From assembly GCA_020137815.1 (NCBI GenBank), contig CM035351.1, positions 3,224,001 to 3,288,000 of the forward strand: a stretch of 64,000 nucleotides of DNA, read 5' to 3'. Positions 1 through 11,849 of this stretch are shown here, one piece after another (position 1 is the first letter of the stretch; each line of letters starts with the position of its first letter). This stretch comes from Hormiphora californensis (Eukaryota > Animalia > Ctenophora). The notes under the pieces were generated by a model. That model saw only the letters and a list, made by a program, of their open reading frames with translations. It did no database searches and was not told where the DNA came from. The position numbers were made by a program, and so were the translations under genes.

Positions 1-99
1 TTATTTACTAAACTGCCTCTACTATTATTACTCCATCACCCTATCCCCCTGTATAGACATTTAATGTCGCTAATCCCGGATTCCCCTTATCTAGGCATT

Positions 100-3000
100 A
101 TGTCACTAAAGCGGCGTGCCTCAGAGGAGTCTGAGGAGAGCCCTAAATCGAAGAGACAGGAAAAGGAGGAAGATGCACCTGCAGTACCAGATAGTACCAC
201 AACTACTGCAGACACAACCCCAGTTAGGCCTAGCAAAAAGAAGGAAGAGGTAGAGAAGGAGGAAAGTAATGAAGCTGATAAGGTCGAGGAAAAGGAAGCA
301 GAGAAAAAGGTTGATCCCAGCGAGAAGAAGACAGTAGAGGAGGGTGAGAAGAAAGTAGAAGAGCCAGCTGCGAGCGAGGAGGCCAATAAGGAAACAACAG
401 AAGAGAAGAGATCTTCAGAAGCAGCTGAGAAGAGTGATGAAGTGACTACATCAAAAGAGGAGACTGCAGATTTAAAGACTGATAACAAAACAGACGAAGT
501 CAAAGAGGGTGAGGAAGACAAAAAAGAAGAAACACCTGCTGAGGATAAATCAGCTAATGAAGATAAGAAATCAGATACAACAGACGCAAATGATAAGAAA
601 TCACAGGAGAAGGAGGCTGATAATTCAAAGGAGGCTGATAAAAAGGTTGGGTTTCTGGGAGTGGCGCCCGCTGAAAAGAACAACTCCATATGGTCGAGTG
701 GGTTCTCTCTCTCCTCATCGAATTACAGCAATGGTAATTTATCAGAATGCGATTATCACATGTACCAGGCCATTTCTTAGAGTGCTGTTTCTAAGAAGTG
801 GCCCCCATCTCATCCCGTCTGACCACCACGCGTGTTTGGTTACGAAATAACCCCTTGCTTGGCGCGCCGGCAAGGGAGGGGTAACTTCGTTACCACCACG
901 CGTGTGGGGGTTATCTCGTGCTATCTGTTATTTGTACTTCTATGAAACTTCCTCTCACGCTCCAACTTCTTCCCCCTATAGTCACTCCCCAACTAGGCAG
1001 TAGAACTGCCGCTTCCATTGGTTTTACCGCCTTGTGCTAGCTAGACACATGGTTTTTATCACATCTCTAATCCCATCTTCTCTTTTCATCCTGACCCCCT
1101 TTTCTCTCAATCAGGTAACTCCTCCTCGTCAAGCAGCTCCAACATCTTTGCAGCAGCAATGTCTAGTGTCTCCACTGGATCTGGAATATTCGGATCGAGC
1201 TCGTCAAGTGGAGGAGGAGGTAAGTAATGGAATCCATTCAATGGAACGGATCAGGGTTCCACTGGAATGGAAGTTGGTCAAACAAACGAAATGTCTTTCA
1301 TTCCAAGAAAACAAGGATTTCTTCCTCACGTGCTGACCGCTGCTCCTTATCAGGTTTTGTGTTTGGCGCAAATCTATCCGATAGAGTGGTGGCACCTGCA
1401 GCTAAAGAAGGAGATGTAGCAGCAGAGAAGAAGGAAGGAGACAAAGAGGGGGACTCAGATAAGAAGGAGGAGGGTGCTACAGGGACCCCCAAGAAGGAGG
1501 AGGAGAAAATTTCATTAGTTGAAGTAGGTTATTTGGTATTTATAAGCTGAGATAAAACTTATGTCGAATATTTGGTTATAAGCTGAGATAAAACGGCTCC
1601 CCGATAAAACTTATGTCGAATATTCGACATTCACATATTTCGGCGGAGATTATAATCTCCTTTTAGTGCTGATTATCCCTACAAATTATATAATCTTCGC
1701 CCCGTCATATTCAGCTTGAATTATACCTTCAAACTACAAACTACAAATTAACAGCACTGATAATCCCTATAAAGTATGATAATCTCCATCACGTCAGGTA
1801 AACTCGGGAGAGGAGGGAGAGAAGCGTGTTATCCAGACATCCTGTAAATTGTACCAGTTCTGCCCCACCGCTAAGACATGGGTCGACAGGGGAGGTGGCT
1901 ACCTGCGACTCAATGAGAAGGAAGACGAAGCTGGAGTCGTTTCGAGCAGGCTGGTTTTCAGATCAAAGGCAGTTATGAAGGTAAGAACAGGAGCAAAAGG
2001 GGACAAGATGAAAGGAGAGCTAAATCTAGGGAGAATGAGAGAGACAGGAAGTTGTTGCATTTATAAACAATCTGGATGAACGCACTGTTACATAAATGCT
2101 GCCCTCCCTGTCTCCCACCCCATCAAATACTCTTATCATACTACATGACTGTGTCTTAATTACGGGCCCTGTGTGGAGAGGACAGTCTTTTATGAGGCAA
2201 ATCTCCGCGTATTATAGACAGAGCTCTCACCTTTTCTCATCATGATAAAATCTCTGCAGGTGATGTTAAACACCAAGATATTTGCGGATATGATAATAAA
2301 TCGTGCAAACTTAACTACACTAAGGATCTCCGCACTGGAGGATACAAAGATAGGAACGTATCTACTGAAGAGTACCCGGAACGAATGTGACAGGTAACAG
2401 AACAGTCCCTTCCATGTCCCATATCTCATATCCATATGTATGCGGTCCCCCACAGTCCACCGATATCACTCCGATCCCCCAAATACTACAACACTAGTCA
2501 CTTCAACAAACTCAACAAATTAGTATAAAAGAGAGGTTGAGCAGAGTCAAAGATAGAGGTTGAATGGGGTCTAAACGAGTTGTAAAGTTAAGGCCAGACT
2601 GGGTGGTTGGTAGCGCACTAATGTAATATATCAACACCCCGTCCCCGAGTAACAAGTGCTGACAGTTGAAGTTCAGGGTTTATTTCATTGTAAACTGCAG
2701 GCCACAGGGGTGTATGAAAATGTCACGGAAACAATTAAAGGCACACCGCAAGAGTCACTAGTACAAAAACACGCCATCAGTAGCCAGTACAGTAGTAGTA
2801 TCACTGTAGTATAGTAAAAACACACTGCACTTCACCAGTACAACTTTACTGCACGCGGCAGTAGGTAACACATTGCTCGAGCGCGGCAGTAGGTAACACA
2901 TTGGTCGAGTTGGTATCGAAGACACCTCACATTCGCGGCCTTCGTTTGGTGCGCTTTGCGCGCCGGCAAGGGAGGGGTAACTTCGTTACCAATTGCTCGA

Positions 3001-3467
3001 GGTAGCTACAGCTAGCATATTATATGCTACCCTCATAGCGTTAACTTCGGTGTGACATATCATTAGCCCCTTATCAGATAAATCACATATATTCCCTTCC
3101 ACTTTACAAGTCACCCACACAGTCCCATTGTAGTCCCACTATCGACCTGGAACCGACCGAATCAGGAAATACTGGTCCCTGATTGGCTGATAACCAGTCA
3201 CGTGACCTAAATAACGAGTTCTGATTGGTTGGTTACTTGTTTCGGTCGGTTCCTGCTATCGACTACTTATTATTTCCCCTTCCCGGATTGACTTATCAAC
3301 TGCTGAACAACAACTAACCCCCCCCCTCTCCTGACAGGTTACACACAGCTCTGTTGAAACGACGTGAAGCTGAAAAGAAGAACCAAGAGTCAGCAGCGGA
3401 CCCCAAAGTGGATAGCACAACTACTGCAACACCAGCTGCACCTACTGAACAACCAGTCAAATCTTGA
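100..3467 (+). CDS. RANBP3: Ran-binding protein 3-like (acidic N-terminus, FxFG motif, RanBD/PH-fold domain), ~451 aa, 6 coding exons
   Basis: Exons 100-733, 1115-1219, 1354-1523, 1798-1980, 2260-2393, 3338-3467 join with GT-AG boundaries in consistent phase (1356 nt). Contains the RanBP3-type motif GFVFGANLSDRV and the Ran-binding domain SGEEGEKRVIQTSCKLYQF...WVDRGGGYLRLN...SRLVFRSK...VMLNTKIF. Confidence 0.85.
3147..3255. mobile_element. ~109 bp hAT-type MITE, copy 1
   Basis: Terminal inverted repeats (TIRs) c(t/a)ggaaccgaccgaa...ttcggtcggttcctg, flanked by an 8-bp direct repeat CTATCGAC (3139-3146 and 3256-3263). A second copy lies at 50444. Confidence 0.85.
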
Positions 3468-4299
3468 GCCTCCTAATTATCACAATGATTGCAAGGGACA
3501 CACACATAATGTGTGTTACACATACTGTCACACACACACTGGCACGATCATGTTGCCATAAACACTGCCCGGACTCAGTCCAATTGTGTAAAGGGACTGA
3601 GAATGAGGGAAGAGAGTGGGAGAGTGAGAACAATTTGATGTTTTTTGGTCTTAATTAGTGCTTCATTTGACGTCAAGGGGGCTCATTTTTTATCGCGAGT
3701 GATCTTATATTTGTTGTAGGCAAATGATGCCTAATACAATTACATTGATAAAACCAGTCTTTATTTTCTTCACACCATCAATCTTTACGATCAAACTATT
3801 TATGGGGAAGATTCTCTGCAGCCCCCCTGAACTGCGTGACTTCATTGGGGCGGACTCGTCTGGAAATCCCATAATATTTAGCCTTGTATTCACTGCAGCT
3901 CTTGCCAGTGCTCAATGACTCATATCGAAATTCCCATGTGTGTGCGCGTTACCAGTCTCGCGCGCAGTTCTGTGCATTGAGGAGTCAGAGCGCGTCACAA
4001 CAACGACCCTCATAGATATGGTTATCACGCCACACTCTGTTTTCAAAAGGAAGTTGATCTTCCCTGTCCGGTCTCTGGAGACCACTTGCGAGATCGGTAC
4101 TGGTAGTGTCACTGGCACGCTTCTATTGCATATTGGACAAACTTAAACACAAAATAATTTCGGTTTTTAGAATGCAATGTAACCAATTTTACACACATTC
4201 GCAAAGTCAGACAGTAAAATAAAAAGTATGGCATTTGTATTTGATTTTAAATTTTAATAAACTTAACCCAATAATCAACCCAAAAATTTATCGAGTCTA

Positions 4300-6644
4300 T
4301 TATGCCATCACTAGTTTGGCAAGGCAAGGTGTGGGGCAGGACTCAATGGCTTTCTCCAATTCCTCTTGCTCTCTCGCCTGGATGAAGGCATATTGGCCAG
4401 CAAAGAACACGGCACATGCCCTGTTGGCGATATCTGGTAGAATGGAGACAATAGCATCCGCCTTGACTACAGTGAGCGATCCTGGAGAGAAAGGGGTGAG
4501 GGGTTAGAGTAACTAGTGGGAGGAGGGGTTATACTATTTAGTGTAACATCATGTACTGTTCTGATAAGTGATATGATATATGCCCTGCACTGACTCGGCA
4601 GCCTGCATATATCTATTTTGCATATGACACGTTGCACTTCTATACACAATGCTACAGGAATATGAAGCCTACCAGTAAGAGGGATAAAGGTAGATGTGTT
4701 GTTGAGCTTGACTAGATAACAGGTCTCTCCGTCTACTCGACCAGTTAGTTTTACATCCCCAGCACTAACAGTAATCTCACTAGCACTTCCACCCTCTTTC
4801 ACTCTACAAAATAGGTGCTGGTTAATATTACTGATCAGTGTGTCGACACATCATATGCATATCCCAATTTACTCGATAATGAATGAATAGTTCATCCTAC
4901 GCAATGGACTGATACCAATCAAAACACATCAGACTACTAAATAAGTTCAGCAGTCGGAATAGCTTACTCGAATGAGACATTGTTCGCCACTGCAACTTGT
5001 TTGATACTGATCAGGTTGGCACTTGTGATGCCTTTAGCGTTCAGGAAACCAGCCAGTACAGCCTGTCAGGGAGCGAGATTGTATGATTATATTGGAAAAG
5101 AGTGATAGTGCACGAGTCAATTGTTCAATATCCTATCTATGAGTTGCATTCTCAACCTACACTTGGTACGAAGGCGGTGTCGGTAGATTGTACGCTGATC
5201 ACTGATGAGTTACTAGCAAAGGGAGCAAGGGCCATTCCCACGAGTCTAGCTAACTTTGCTAGGGTAGGCTGGGAGAGGGCCGCACTGAAAATAGGACGGT
5301 ATTATAGGGTGAACTCATTTACTTCGAGACCCGTCCTCTGAGCAATTGGGATCTGAAACAAACTGATTGTGACTTTATATACCGTATAAGAGGTGCGTTG
5401 ATACATCCATAGGATGATTTCCCGTCCCTGAGGGCTGCAAATTGTTCAGCAATCTCTTTTGCAACCCGAACTTGGGCCTCCCCGGTACTGGCACCTAATA
5501 TGACGTGGAGTTTAGAGTTGTATGTTTATCTCAAGTTTGGAATGGGGAGAGAAAGAGTTAGGTTGCGAGGGAAAGAATATGGGAAGTGTGTAGCCTCATT
5601 ACCAAGATTAGGTTTAGGTGATTGAAACACTACCCAATTAGTGTCGGGTGTAGAAAAGATTGTGACATTCAAGTCTTCTTTCTCATTAGACAGTGTGTCT
5701 CATTAGACAGTTTGTCTCATGAGAAAGAGAAGAAGACAGCATTGCCAAGTTAGACTGTTTTATAAAATAAAATAAAAGAGTTTGAACAAAACAAAGACAG
5801 GAAGGGTTGTCGGTTGATGCTGCAGCTCTTCTTCCCACAACTGACTCACCGAGATGGCTCTTCTTCCCACAACTGACTCACCGAGATGGGGTGTTGCAAT
5901 GAGATTTGGGTGCTGGAGAAGGGCGCTATCACAAGAGGGAGGCTCTTGCTCGAACACGTCCAAAGCAGCACAGGCCACGTCTCCAGAATTCAGGGAGTCC
6001 AACAGGGCCTCCTCGTCGATAATACCTGGACGATGGTGTTGGGGCATGTTGTGGAATGTGGATGTAATATTGGGGCATGTTGTGGGGTTGGGAGACAATG
6101 TGGGGTTGGGAGACGTTGTGGCCTGGGCCCTCGTGATTTAATCCTTGAGGAACAAGAATATAACATGGGAAACAGATGAGAGGTAGGAGGGAGCTAAAGA
6201 CTTTTCCTCGTAAAAAGATAGCCAGAGAGAACCATAGGGTGGCAAATTAAAGTGTTCTAAATTTGATCAAATATAAGTTGCATATGTTTTCAGCGCCAGA
6301 ATTCGTCCTTTTCTCCCACTCTTTATCTCATATAAAAATGAGAATAGGACCGGTATAACAGGTTTAGAGGAAGAATGAACGTCACCCAGCATAACATGAA
6401 GTCTTCCTCCTAGACATATTCTAAAACTTGCTGAACCAGTATTCTTCCGGGTAATGTCTAAAATTTCACAGTGGAGCAGCGGAAGGCATGATAACATGAT
6501 AATATAGCTTTATCATCCAGGTTATCAAAACATAGCCTTGGCCTTCTCTCTCTGTCTCTCTCTGTCTTTTTTTTTTTTTTTTTTTGGATACTAAGCTGAG
6601 GTTTGCCAAAACGGAAACCAGGTGAATTGCACCTTCTCTCTCTG

Positions 6645-6686
<42 letters not shown>

Positions 6687-6789
6687 GCTCTCTTTCTCTC
6701 TACCCTCACATATATAAACAGGGGGCCATGTTGACTCAGTGTGGATATTTTTACCCACCGTTCAAGGAAATACCACATCACTACCCATT

Positions 6790-6820
<31 letters not shown>

Positions 6821-8036
6821 GGGTAAGAGAGAGATAGAGCTTGCAGTAGACCTATCATATCTCTCTTGCGTGCTGGGCGGGATTTTATGCAACGTCAGCA
6901 TAATATCAATATAATCAAACGATCAATCGCATATAGCTGTAGGCGTGTCTAAAAACAGGTAAATCTAGCCCTCTAGATGAAGGGAAGGAAATCAAGGCCC
7001 GGACGGATATTTATTTACGGGATATGGGACTATGGGAGTAAATATGAACAGTGGTAGGGTGAAAGTGGGTTACACAACATCAGATGTTATTACATACCTC
7101 CTCGAGCACAGTTCACTATCCTCACTCCCTTCTTACAAGCGGCCAGCACTTTCTCGTTAATTAGATGTCGAGTAGAGGGAAGAAGGGGCACATGAACGGT
7201 GAGGAAGTCGCAGATAGGCCACATGTCTTCCAGCTGCAGAAACTCAATGCCATTTTTAGCTGCTACCTCGGCTGGGGTAATGGGGTCGTAGCCCACAACT
7301 CTCATTCTAAATGCAGCCATCCTCTTAGCTACTACCATACCGATCTGTCCTAGGCCAATAATTCCCAGCACTTTACCGTTCAATTCAATGCCTGGATGAA
7401 ACGAAGATTGTTAGTTCCAGCCTATCTAGTCAGGATATAACTAACCACAACACACCGTCACTACAAAACCCACCATTGATCCTGTTCCATTGCCCATTCA
7501 TCAGCTCAGTGTGCCTGTTAGCGAGGTTCCTACACATGGCCAGGATTAGGGCACAAGTGTGTTCCGCAGCACTGAGTGTGTTTCCTCCTGGCGTGTTCAT
7601 CACCACAATACCCGCATCAGATGCAGCAGGGATGTCAATATTATCAACACCAGTTCCAGCTCGACCGATAATCTGAGAGAGGTTTAGTCTGGTAAATCCA
7701 ATGAAATATTAAATTATTTGCATACATAGCATAGTTTCAGGTTTTACAGCTGCATGTAGAAATATTTTACATGATGGTAAATATGTGCAATGATCATGGG
7801 CTGGGGTTGACTAGGAAACTTACCTTGAGGTTTGTAGCAGCAGCGATAACATCAGCGGTAACTTTGGTAGAGGATCTCACTATGAGTCCGTTAAATTCAG
7901 GGATAATCTTAATCAGTTCCTCCTTTTTCATTCCAGGCTTGTAAACAACCTCAACTCCATTTTCAGCGAATGTTTTGGCACAGACACCGTCGATCTTGTC
8001 GCTGATCAGTACCTTGTTGAGTGTAATGAGACCCAT
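4300..8036 (-). CDS. PHGDH: D-3-phosphoglycerate dehydrogenase, ~497 aa, 9 exons
   Basis: Exons 8036-7824, 7672-7474, 7391-7098, 6025-5882, 5494-5383, 5284-5161, 5062-4968, 4803-4673, 4481-4300 total 1494 nt in frame. Motifs [78 protein letters not shown]. Confidence 0.95.
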
Positions 8037-9149
8037 GATCCTATGAAAAGTTTTAGAAATGTTTTCAATTCAAATTCAATTCAATTGTTACATTTGATAC
8101 CCCGCAAATTGACTCAATATAGCTAAGAGATAAACGCAAAAAACAGAGAAAAACTCACAATTAAAACGCCAGAGCTCTTAAGCCAGCCTTCTTATGCTTT
8201 TGACTTACAGGGTCAGTCTTAAACTGAAAGTCTTTACGTGCAAACAGGGCAAAATTACAGCTCCGGATACATTTCAGAGGAACTGAAGAAGATCGAAGCT
8301 ACGCTACAGTCCCCTACATTCCCTATTGGACTTTTGCCTTCAAAAACGCTCGCACTGAAGGGCGAATGCTTATCAATTCACAATTGAAGTTTTTTGTGAT
8401 TTTTCGGTTGGCATACGTTGCAGGCCCCTTATAATATAATATAAGGGGCCTGGAGGGAATACCGCGCTGGGGGGGAATACATAATCAATCATATCTCCGG
8501 TTCCAGATAAGGTACAGAAATCGTTTTGGTAGCGTTGGAAAGAGGAAGATAACAGCTTTCAAATGCAACCGGTTTCAGGTCTCTATCTTATCAGGAACAG
8601 GAGATATGAACCAAACTCCGCAAAATCGAGTGCGGTAAAATAAAAAATTTCGAGATTTTAATTCAAATTTGAAACAAAGTGTCCCTGCAGGGACCTGTGA
8701 CGTCACTTTTTGAAAACAACCAATCTTTGAACGGCTATTGCTCAGCCTCCTCAAGTCCAATTAACTTCTCTCAAAAACAGCAAGGTAGATAATTGTCAGA
8801 TCTAACAGCTAGTGAAAGAATCAAGCAAAACGGACTTCAGGGGCCAAAGTTATAAGCACCGCCGTTTTTTCGACCGCAAAGTTATTTTCGACCCAGCCGG
8901 GCTCAGGCCAAACGCGCGCGCGGCATTCCCTCCAGTCCCCTCGTTGCGGGGGTGCGCGCATGAGGGGGCTGCAGCGCATTCCAAATTTTTCGGAAAAAGA
9001 AAAAGTTAAAATTTTAAATCTTTTTTAGCTTGCAACACGAATGCGCGCGAGTCGATTTTCAACTGCGCGCCTCTATGTTGCAGCGAAAATTGGTATTTTG
9101 AGATTTTAGGACGTAACGCGCGATCAGATCAAGTAAAAGGAAATTCCAA

Positions 9150-9585
9150 GGGCGCGATTATAATCTGGGTGCCTTGCAGCCTGTTTACAGGTGCGCGCTG
9201 CCAAAAGAGTATACTTAGACCGACTTTTTTCAAACGGCTATAGCCATGCAACCACATGGCCGATTTGTGTAAACTAAACGGTAAACTAAATTCCAACTCA
9301 GCTGAGTTCAGCGGAAAACGTTAAAATCTGGGTGCCTTTCATTGCTAACAATTCGTAGTTTTGGCGCGCGCGACGGGTTAGGGCTATCCGTTAGGGTCTG
9401 GTTAGGGTTTGGTTTGGGGTTACCGGTTAGGGCTATCGATTCTCTAACTGATACCGTTTAGTTTACACAAATCGGCCATGTGGTTCCATGGCTATAGCCG
9501 TTTGAAAAAAGTCGGTCTAAGTATACTCTTTTGGCAGCACGCACCTGTAAACAGGCTGCAAGGCACCCAGATTATAATCGCGCCC
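9150..9585. mobile_element. Foldback MITE with ~135 bp TIRs and a TTAGGG-like core
   Basis: gggcgcgattataatctgggtgccttgcagcc... is mirrored at ~9451-9585. The element is absent from the otherwise homologous site at ~14335-14345. Related sequence occurs at ~53620-53790. Confidence 0.8.
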
Positions 9586-9952
9586 CGCCCCTTCCTACCT
9601 CCCAACTTCTGTTTTTAAACCTTTTTCGTCGCCCTCTGGGCCAGAGGCTCTGGCGAAAAAGCTACTTAGCTCTATCTCTAGAGGTCTGAACGAACTCGAG
9701 TATATGTTTTTCAAATGATAAAAGGTGTTTATTTCCAAAAACAGGTACTCAAAGTCAAACAACTGTACGTACCCGCTGAGCTCAGATAGCAAGCAGAAAG
9801 GCTTGGCTGCCGGCTGCCGGCTGTATTGAAAATTGCCGTTTATACCTGGTAATATCGATCGGCGATCCAGTTCAAGTTCAATCAAAACCGGTGTAGAAAC
9901 TCAAACATATAAATAGGAAACTATTAAGAAACAATTAAACGTGTCTCTGGGG

Positions 9953-10331
9953 TTATCCAGAATTCTGATAGAGCGTTGACCAACTTCCCAGTTTTCTCTC
10001 ATAGATATGGCGTTGTATTGCTGCAACGGTCTTCTCACAGAAAGCTCCTCTTTGGCAGATCCCTAAAACGAAAACGGTAATTTGGATGACAGGTTTAGAT
10101 AATCGTATGTAATGGCGTGCAAAAATATTTTCCTACCAATTCCAAGGCTCCGTTGGGCGTGTGAGATAAACTGTGTCAACATTTCAGAGTTTTCCACCGC
10201 GAGGGGAGAGAATGAGGGGACGAGCTCCAATTCTTTCAACCCAGCCAAGTACTTTCTCAGCGTGGCCCTCAACCTTCCGTATGTCACTTTACAGAGCTTA
10301 CCATCTTCCCTCAAACGCTCCAGGTACCCTC
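9953..10331 (-). pseudogene. Duplicate of the last two coding exons of the STB6-like gene (partial copy or alternative terminal exons)
   Basis: Exons 10331-10137 and 10062-9953 encode the same peptide as 15077-14883 and 14808-14699, and the splice sites are intact. Upstream exons are missing; a repeat begins at ~10397. Confidence 0.7.
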
Positions 10332-10396
10332 CTAAAATTAATAATAATAGGAATGGTTTATCATTGACCGTAGGATTAGATAATCTACATTTAAAT

Positions 10397-11072
10397 GAGG
10401 CATAAACTCTGGCCACTGGCGCGTTATTTCAGATAACTTTCTCCCAGCGTGCCGCTGGGAGAAGTTAGCTGGAGTTTATCCGCCGCTGGCGGATAAACTG
10501 GTTTAAATCACGACGACGATCCCGAGGCGGAGCCGAGGGAGAGGCGGAGGGGTTTAAACCTATAACGTGCCAGTGGTCAGAGTTTATGGGTTATATACCC
10601 TGCTTTAGTTGTTTATTTCAAGTATTACACACCAACAAGAGAGAGAACACTAATCAAAACACACAAAGAGAACTGAGAAATAGTTAAAAACACGTCACAA
10701 TTGAGTGTACACTGTTTGGTAACAGTTACTAAGCAGTTGCTAAGGAAAGAGAGTGAAAGAAATAGCCTGATAAGGGGCATGTCACAAATAACACAGAGAA
10801 AGAGATAGTGAGACAAAAGGGGAGATAAAGAGAGAGTAATTGACGGAATGTGTCCTTTCTTTCTCTCCAATGTAGTGTGTAAGTGTTGCACATAGTGTTC
10901 CCTCTGTATTTTAGTAAGAACTGATCATTTACACACACACTTTGAATGTTACGTAGGAGTTAAAAATAAATAACCTGCCAGTGGGAAATAATCTGCCGCT
11001 GGACTGGCTGTTTACTGAGAGCGCGCTAGTGGGACTTCTCGCCACTGGCGCATTATTTAAGTTAGCAGGGTA
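10397..11072. mobile_element. ~670 bp dispersed repeat with nested hairpins (possibly a non-autonomous Crypton-like element), copy 1
   Basis: A close copy lies at 22096-22759. Internal inverted pairs: ataaactctggccactggc/gccagtggtcagagtttat, ttctcccagcg/cgctgggagaa, agtttatccgcc/ggcggataaact. Contains a ccgaggcggagccgagg motif. The Crypton assignment is from memory only. Confidence 0.75.
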
Positions 11073-11089
11073 ATGGGTATATATATTTA

Positions 11090-11220
11090 TTATGCCAAAA
11101 ACTAACAGAGATTAGTTGGCTGGAAAGGTGACCATTTTGTTGTCAAACTGACACCTTTGCCCTCTCCGGGTTTCATCATTATCTTTCCCTCTCTGATTTC
11201 TATCTCTCTCTTTCAATTTC

Positions 11221-11288
<68 letters not shown>

Positions 11289-11411
11289 CCTCATTTACCC
11301 CCTCATTTACCTCATCGATCATATCCGTAACCCGGGCCGGGCAAAGGTGTCAGTTTGACAACAAAATGGTCACCTTTCCAGCCAACTAATCTCTGTTAGT
11401 TTTTGGCATAA
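11090..11411. mobile_element. MITE-like element: ~72 bp perfect inverted repeats enclosing a (CT)n tract
   Basis: ttatgccaaaaactaacagag...gacacctttgcc is mirrored at ~11340-11411. Confidence 0.75.
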
Positions 11412-11449
11412 TTGGGGTATATTTTTGGTATTTTCTGATCATCTCCCTC

Positions 11450-11739
11450 ATCTCCCATCATCTCCATCATCTCCATCATCTCCATCATCTCCATCATCTC
11501 CATCATCTCCATCATCTCCATCATCTCCATCATCTCCATCATCTCCATCATCTCCATCATCTCCATCATCTCCATCATCTCCATCATCTCCATCATCTCC
11601 ATCATCTCCATCATCTCCATCATCTCCATCATCTCCATCATCTCCATCATCTACATCATCTCCAACATCATCTCCAACTCCATCTCCATCTCCAACTCCA
11701 TCTCCATCTCCATCTCCATCTCCATCTCCATCTCCATCT

Positions 11740-11785
<46 letters not shown>
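11450..11785. repeat. (CATCTCCAT)n 9-mer array grading into (CATCTC)n and (CT)n
   Basis: Directly visible; it generates the spurious MMEMME and SPSSPS ORFs. Confidence 0.95.
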
Positions 11786-11787
<2 letters not shown>

Positions 11788-11849
11788 ATCCCAACTAATC
11801 AACATATTATATGGACATTGGACCCCGTATAACCCTTTTACCTCAGCTT

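Noticed and set aside
87-689. 200-aa minus-strand ORF (likewise 63112-63753)
   Set aside because: Antisense shadows of Glu/Lys-rich coding exons on the + strand.
3705-4146. Coding-looking segment with ORF pairs on both strands, each interrupted by one TGA (selenoprotein or readthrough?)
   Set aside because: No recognisable protein family, no redox motif around the TGA and no evident SECIS. It lies between two convergent 3' ends, so it cannot be supported.
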